Of a DNA stretch of 56,914 nucleotides, positions 52,391 through 56,914 are shown piece by piece. The DNA is from Phoronis australis (lineage: Eukaryota > Animalia > Phoronida), in the NCBI GenBank assembly GCA_002633005.1, contig NMRA01001001.1:16675-73588 (forward strand), given 5' to 3'. Within the stretch, counting starts at the first letter, position 1, and each line of letters starts with the position of its first letter. Position numbers and translations under genes: made by a program. Below the pieces are notes generated by a model, which worked only from the letters and a program-made list of their open reading frames with translations, was not told the DNA's origin and ran no database searches.

Positions 52391-53889
52391 TGTCATCAAC
52401 CCTCCACGCAAGACTTAACCCTGTTAGCAACTCTGAGTTTAATGCCCCGCTGTTTCTTCAGTTCAGTAGCAATGATGATTATCTCAACTCAAATAATATC
52501 CTCTGTTGAAGAAACTCAACGAAAGTTTCCCCTTTTCATGGGGGAAGACGTTTAACTCGATTGACATCCTGTCATGAAAAACTTGACAGGAAAGTTTTAC
52601 CCTTATCATGGGGAGGACTATATCGGGTTAACAAGTCCAATACTCCACGTTATTTCCCTGGTCTTTACTAAACCAGGGACACCCAGGTGACATTCTCCTC
52701 ATAGTTCACACTCTGCAGCTCAACATCCCCTTTTCCTCCAGCCTCATGCAAAAAAACTCATTACGGCGTTTTCCGGTTGATCCCAACTTGTTCGATTCTA
52801 TAGCTCAACAAGAAGTTGGGAAGATGATCCCTGTAGCCAACTCCATTCTGGCATTTATGGTTGGAAGGCCAGTTCTCTTTTGTTCGATAATTGCTCTAAT
52901 CTCCAATAAGCTTGACTGGGCTGTGCGGTTAAAAATAAGTTAACTTATAACATATTTGAACATAAACCAATAGCATTTCTGAATTCCTTGTCAAATGCTG
53001 ATGTTTAGTTTTTTTAATTGCCAAAATCACCCAACTACAGCTGAAGTTACGACGATCTATTCTTTCCGAATGAACCAATTCGCTCTGGGTTTGACTGTGT
53101 TCACACGTGGTCAGTAATAAGCCTGGTAGATAATTGGCCTGCCTGTTAGTTGTCATACCAGACAAAAGACTGTGCCTGCAAGCTAACAAAGGAGCTAGAT
53201 GTTATCACACGCTCAAAATCCTCTAAGTTTGGGAAAGTCACTGAACGGGAGAATGCCATAATGTCATGATGCACACACTCACAAACACCATTGTTGCCTC
53301 AGCACATTGTCACACTCATTCTTAACATCTAAACATGCCCTCACACATTTGTATTACCTTGCCCATCGATAGCTGTCAATCATAGGCGCTGATGCTGGAA
53401 GTCAGGTTGTCGACATAGCCATCCGCAATCCCATCGTCCTCTTTACTAGAGTGAATGGCTGAAACTAGGGATTGGTACCCTGAACACTTTCAGTTCTTTT
53501 TTATACAACAACGACATTGTCAAAACACAGCTCACAATGGTCTTGAAACTCATGAACACTTGCATAAGTATAAGTGCAGACGGTGATCCAGGTTACACGG
53601 ATGGTAAGCAGACGACACTACCATAGGGCATCATGCTGAAAGGAACATCAGTAATAATCACCAATTAACTACGAGACCAGTACCCATCAGGGTGACATAC
53701 AAGTTAAGCCATGATTCAATACCTAAACAGAATTTTTGGGAGAATCGGGGTTGGTTGTTTAACCAAACTGTCAATTTGACGGTGACCTCATCATTTTTTC
53801 AAACAACCATGGTGCACGACCATCAATGCACAAACAATACTTCAGACATTTCTCGATACATGGATGTTAAACATATTTACATTTTATGA

Positions 53890-55685
53890 CATACCCAGCA
53901 GAAGTACTGAGACTGAATCAGCAGGAAGTCCTGTTCACTTAGAGCTAATTCGGCCATCTTATTGGTGAATTCTCGATCAATTCATCTGATCCCTTTGCTG
54001 TGTATTATGCGATCCCTAATATCAACTGCACAGGCACCAAAGAATATCCATACATCAAAGCCTTCCATCTAATCTCCAAATAAAGACTGTTCGCACATCG
54101 ACACCTGATATCAACTGTTCGCATGTCAACCGTTCACACATCGAGGAACATCCATGCATCAAGGTTCACCATCTAACACCTACATACCGATCATTCACAT
54201 ATCAAGGCCTGCATCCACACATCGAGGGTCGTCATCTTCTGTCCACAAACCAACTGTTTGCACATCAACGTCTGCCATCAACTGTTCGCATTACGATCTT
54301 CCAAACACCAAGAAACATCCTAACATCAAGGATTTGTCATCTGCTGTAGGCATGTCAACCATCAACGCATAGAGGAACACCCCCATATCCAAGACTACCT
54401 TCAACTGTTCGCATATCCACAGCCCACATATCGTGGAACGTCCATTCACTCAAGCATTAACATCTACTATCTATATGTCAACCTTCCCCATACCGAGAAA
54501 TGTCCATGCACCGAGGATCAACATCTTCCGTACACATATCAACCACCTTCACACCGATAAACATCCACTCATCAAGGTTCACCATCTACCAGCCACAAAA
54601 CAACTGTTCCCACAACAACATCTACCATCAGCCATCCACATAACAACCTTCCACACATCATGGAACATTCACACAGCTGGAATCGTCAACTACCATCCAC
54701 TTACCGATCATGTGTCCACTGATGCCTGCCATCCACCGTATGCAAAGTGACTGTCCCCCCACCGGGACAGTCATTATACATACAGTCCATTGACCATATG
54801 CATATTGGCTATCCCGGTGGGGGGATAGTCAAGATGCATTCGATCAAGGGCAAGCATCAACGGAAACATGGTCGGTGGGAGGATGGGAGATGAAGATCCT
54901 AGATGTGTGAACATTCCTTGATGTGAAGAAGGTTGAAATGCTGATGACTGATGCCAGACATCGTTGCGTGAACAGGTGGTTTGTGGACAGTAGATGGTCA
55001 TCCTCAATGAGTGGACATTTCTCGATGTGTGGATGGTTAACAAGTGTAAAGAAGACGGCGATCCTCCATACATGAACATTTCTCGATATGTGGATGGTCA
55101 ACATACGGACAGTAGAGGGCAATCCTCGAATGTATGGAAGTTCCACAATGTGTGGGTAGCCGATACACGAACAGTCGATGGCAATCCTGGATATGTGGAC
55201 ATTCCTCTATGTGTGAATGGTTGACATGCAAACGGCAGATGACAATCCCTGATGTAGGAATGCTACTCAATGAGTGGACAATCGACATGTGAACAGCCGA
55301 TGGCAGAAATTGATGCGTGAACAATCAGTTTGTGGCGAGAAGATGCCAATCCTCGACATCTGGATGCTCCTTTGATACGTGAATGTTCGATATGCAGACA
55401 GCAGACGGCGATCTTTAATGTATGGACATTCCTCGGGAAGTGGACGGTTGACGTGCGACCAGTTGACCCGAGGCATCAACGCACGAACAGTCGATACTCA
55501 GAGATTAGACAGCAATCTTCGAAGTATGGACATTTGCTGATACATGGACAATTGATATGCGGACTGCACAGTACAGAGCACAGTGATCAACCAGAACGAT
55601 CTGGAATTCCCCAACATGACGACAGAATTAACGGTTATGACCATGAATTCCTCGCCCATCTGCCAAACTACTTCTGGTGGTTGTC
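53890..55685. repeat. Nearly spacerless imperfect palindrome of about 1.8 kb (foldback-like), centred at about 54789
   Basis: Arms align in reverse complement from the centre to CCAGCAGAAGTA (about 53895) and TACTTCTGGTGG (about 55680). Arms are built of sub-repeats of about 60-70 bp. Confidence 0.85.
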
Positions 55686-56212
55686 GTGAACCGCGAAATG
55701 AATTTACATGAAATTACGAGTTACCGAATGGTGAACAAAAATGCAGATTTGTGGAGCTAAAATTTTTGGCAAACTGGCTCTCACAAAGACACTGACTCTT
55801 TCACGAAAGTCTCATGCGACTGTAGCAATTAAATGTGGACATCAAACAACATATGAACATTTCAATTTGAAGATTTGCAAATTTGGGTGGTTGACCTGTG
55901 AACCCTTCTGAGTATGTTTAGCACTGCAGGTGTAAAAGAACTCCCTGAACTTCAGTTCATCTGCAGCTGATGGCAGGCAGGTGCCATCCCTTGATGTAGT
56001 CAATGTGCCACTAGTCGATGAGGGCAAGCGTAGATGCGACATTCCTTGATGCATGCAGTCAATTGGCTGATGGTCAAATTGACAGGCAGCGAAGGTCACA
56101 AAGATCCAAACCTAAAGAAAGAAAAACCAAGAATGATCAATTAACTACAAGTTCACAGTTACCTTATTCATTCACATTAACGCACAGCTGGGGCACTCAA
56201 ATTGAGACATTT

Positions 56213-56914
56213 AACAAGAGCATCGCAGAGCGTTGAAATGCGCCCACGAATGCATCGCACATGGTGTGCTTTTAGGGTTATTTGTATCACAAAAATGGTC
56301 ACTAGATGGCGTAAAAACGTGCAATCCATCCAAAAACGGGAACATGCCATATTACATAAAAATCTGTCAAGGAACTTCAGAGAAATCAAGGAAAACAGAA
56401 CAAAATGAAATTGCCATTTGAGGGCACAGTTTCCGTTCCATCCGCCTGAAAGTCGTCGTCTGTTATCTTCATGTAAGTTCACTGCAGTGCATTTTGGAGA
56501 TACAGCTATGGGCGCAATTCAAAACAAAACTACCACAAGGAGGCGCCACAATAGTCAGTCGCCATCATCAAACATCCTCTCCACACTGAAAACATATACG
56601 CCAATTTTCAAAACCATCCCTTGAATGATTTGGTTGATCAAAAGGCAGACGCCAAAAACAAGATTAGAAAACAGCAAAAAATGACCACCAGGTGGCGCAA
56701 AATAACTCGATTCCATTCAAAAACAGGATGATAGCGTCATCTCACCAATAGATGCCCATATTCAAAATTTTATTAAAATCTGTTGAGGACCGTTGAAAAT
56801 ACGGACTGGCAAATGTAAAAACTAAAATTGCAACTAGGGGGCCCAGCAGTAGTCAGATCTGTTCGAAAGTCGTCGTCGTCCGTTGTCAACATCATATAAA
56901 TACACTTGTTAAAC
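56213..56914 (-). mobile_element. Second Helentron-type (HINE) copy, same family as 38577-40188, cut by the window end
   Basis: AACAAGAGCATCGCAGAGCGTTGAAATGCGCCCACGAATGCA is the near-exact reverse complement of about 40147-40188. Confidence 0.88.

Noticed and set aside
54020-55570. CRISPR-like array or His/Thr-rich protein ORFs
   Set aside because: Repeats are degenerate, lack unique spacers and have no cas genes nearby. The ORFs are by-products of the palindrome's composition.

Overview
AT-rich animal genomic DNA (draft assembly with two N gaps), most likely a marine invertebrate such as an echinoderm, judged only from gene and TE content. It holds seven internal + strand exons of one spliced gene (3298-3342, 3949-4094, 4631-4680, 6055-6333, 13684-13929, 44988-45248, 45521-45652). 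Their phases join into one open frame: LCCL - Tie-type Ig1 - kringle - Tie-type Ig2 - Tie-type EGF, an unusual Tie/TEK-like ectodomain whose start and end I could not find in the window. The introns are a nested transposon graveyard, with several insertions resolvable by target-site duplications (TSDs). Retroelements: a CR1-like LINE with a 48-bp TSD; a BEL/Pao element split by an L1/Tx1-type LINE; a Penelope-like element with a tRNA-like and a hammerhead-like module; a second, opposite L1/Tx1 copy split by an RTEX-like LINE, a Hero-like element (about 50-bp TSD) and a Helentron-type element; an L2/CR1 fragment; and a solo LTR. DNA transposons: Academ and piggyBac relics, a Harbinger MITE and Helitron-like tandem units. 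There is also an about 1.8-kb nearly spacerless palindrome. No prokaryotic systems, CRISPR arrays or rRNA were seen. All family calls come from motif recognition by eye, not database searches.
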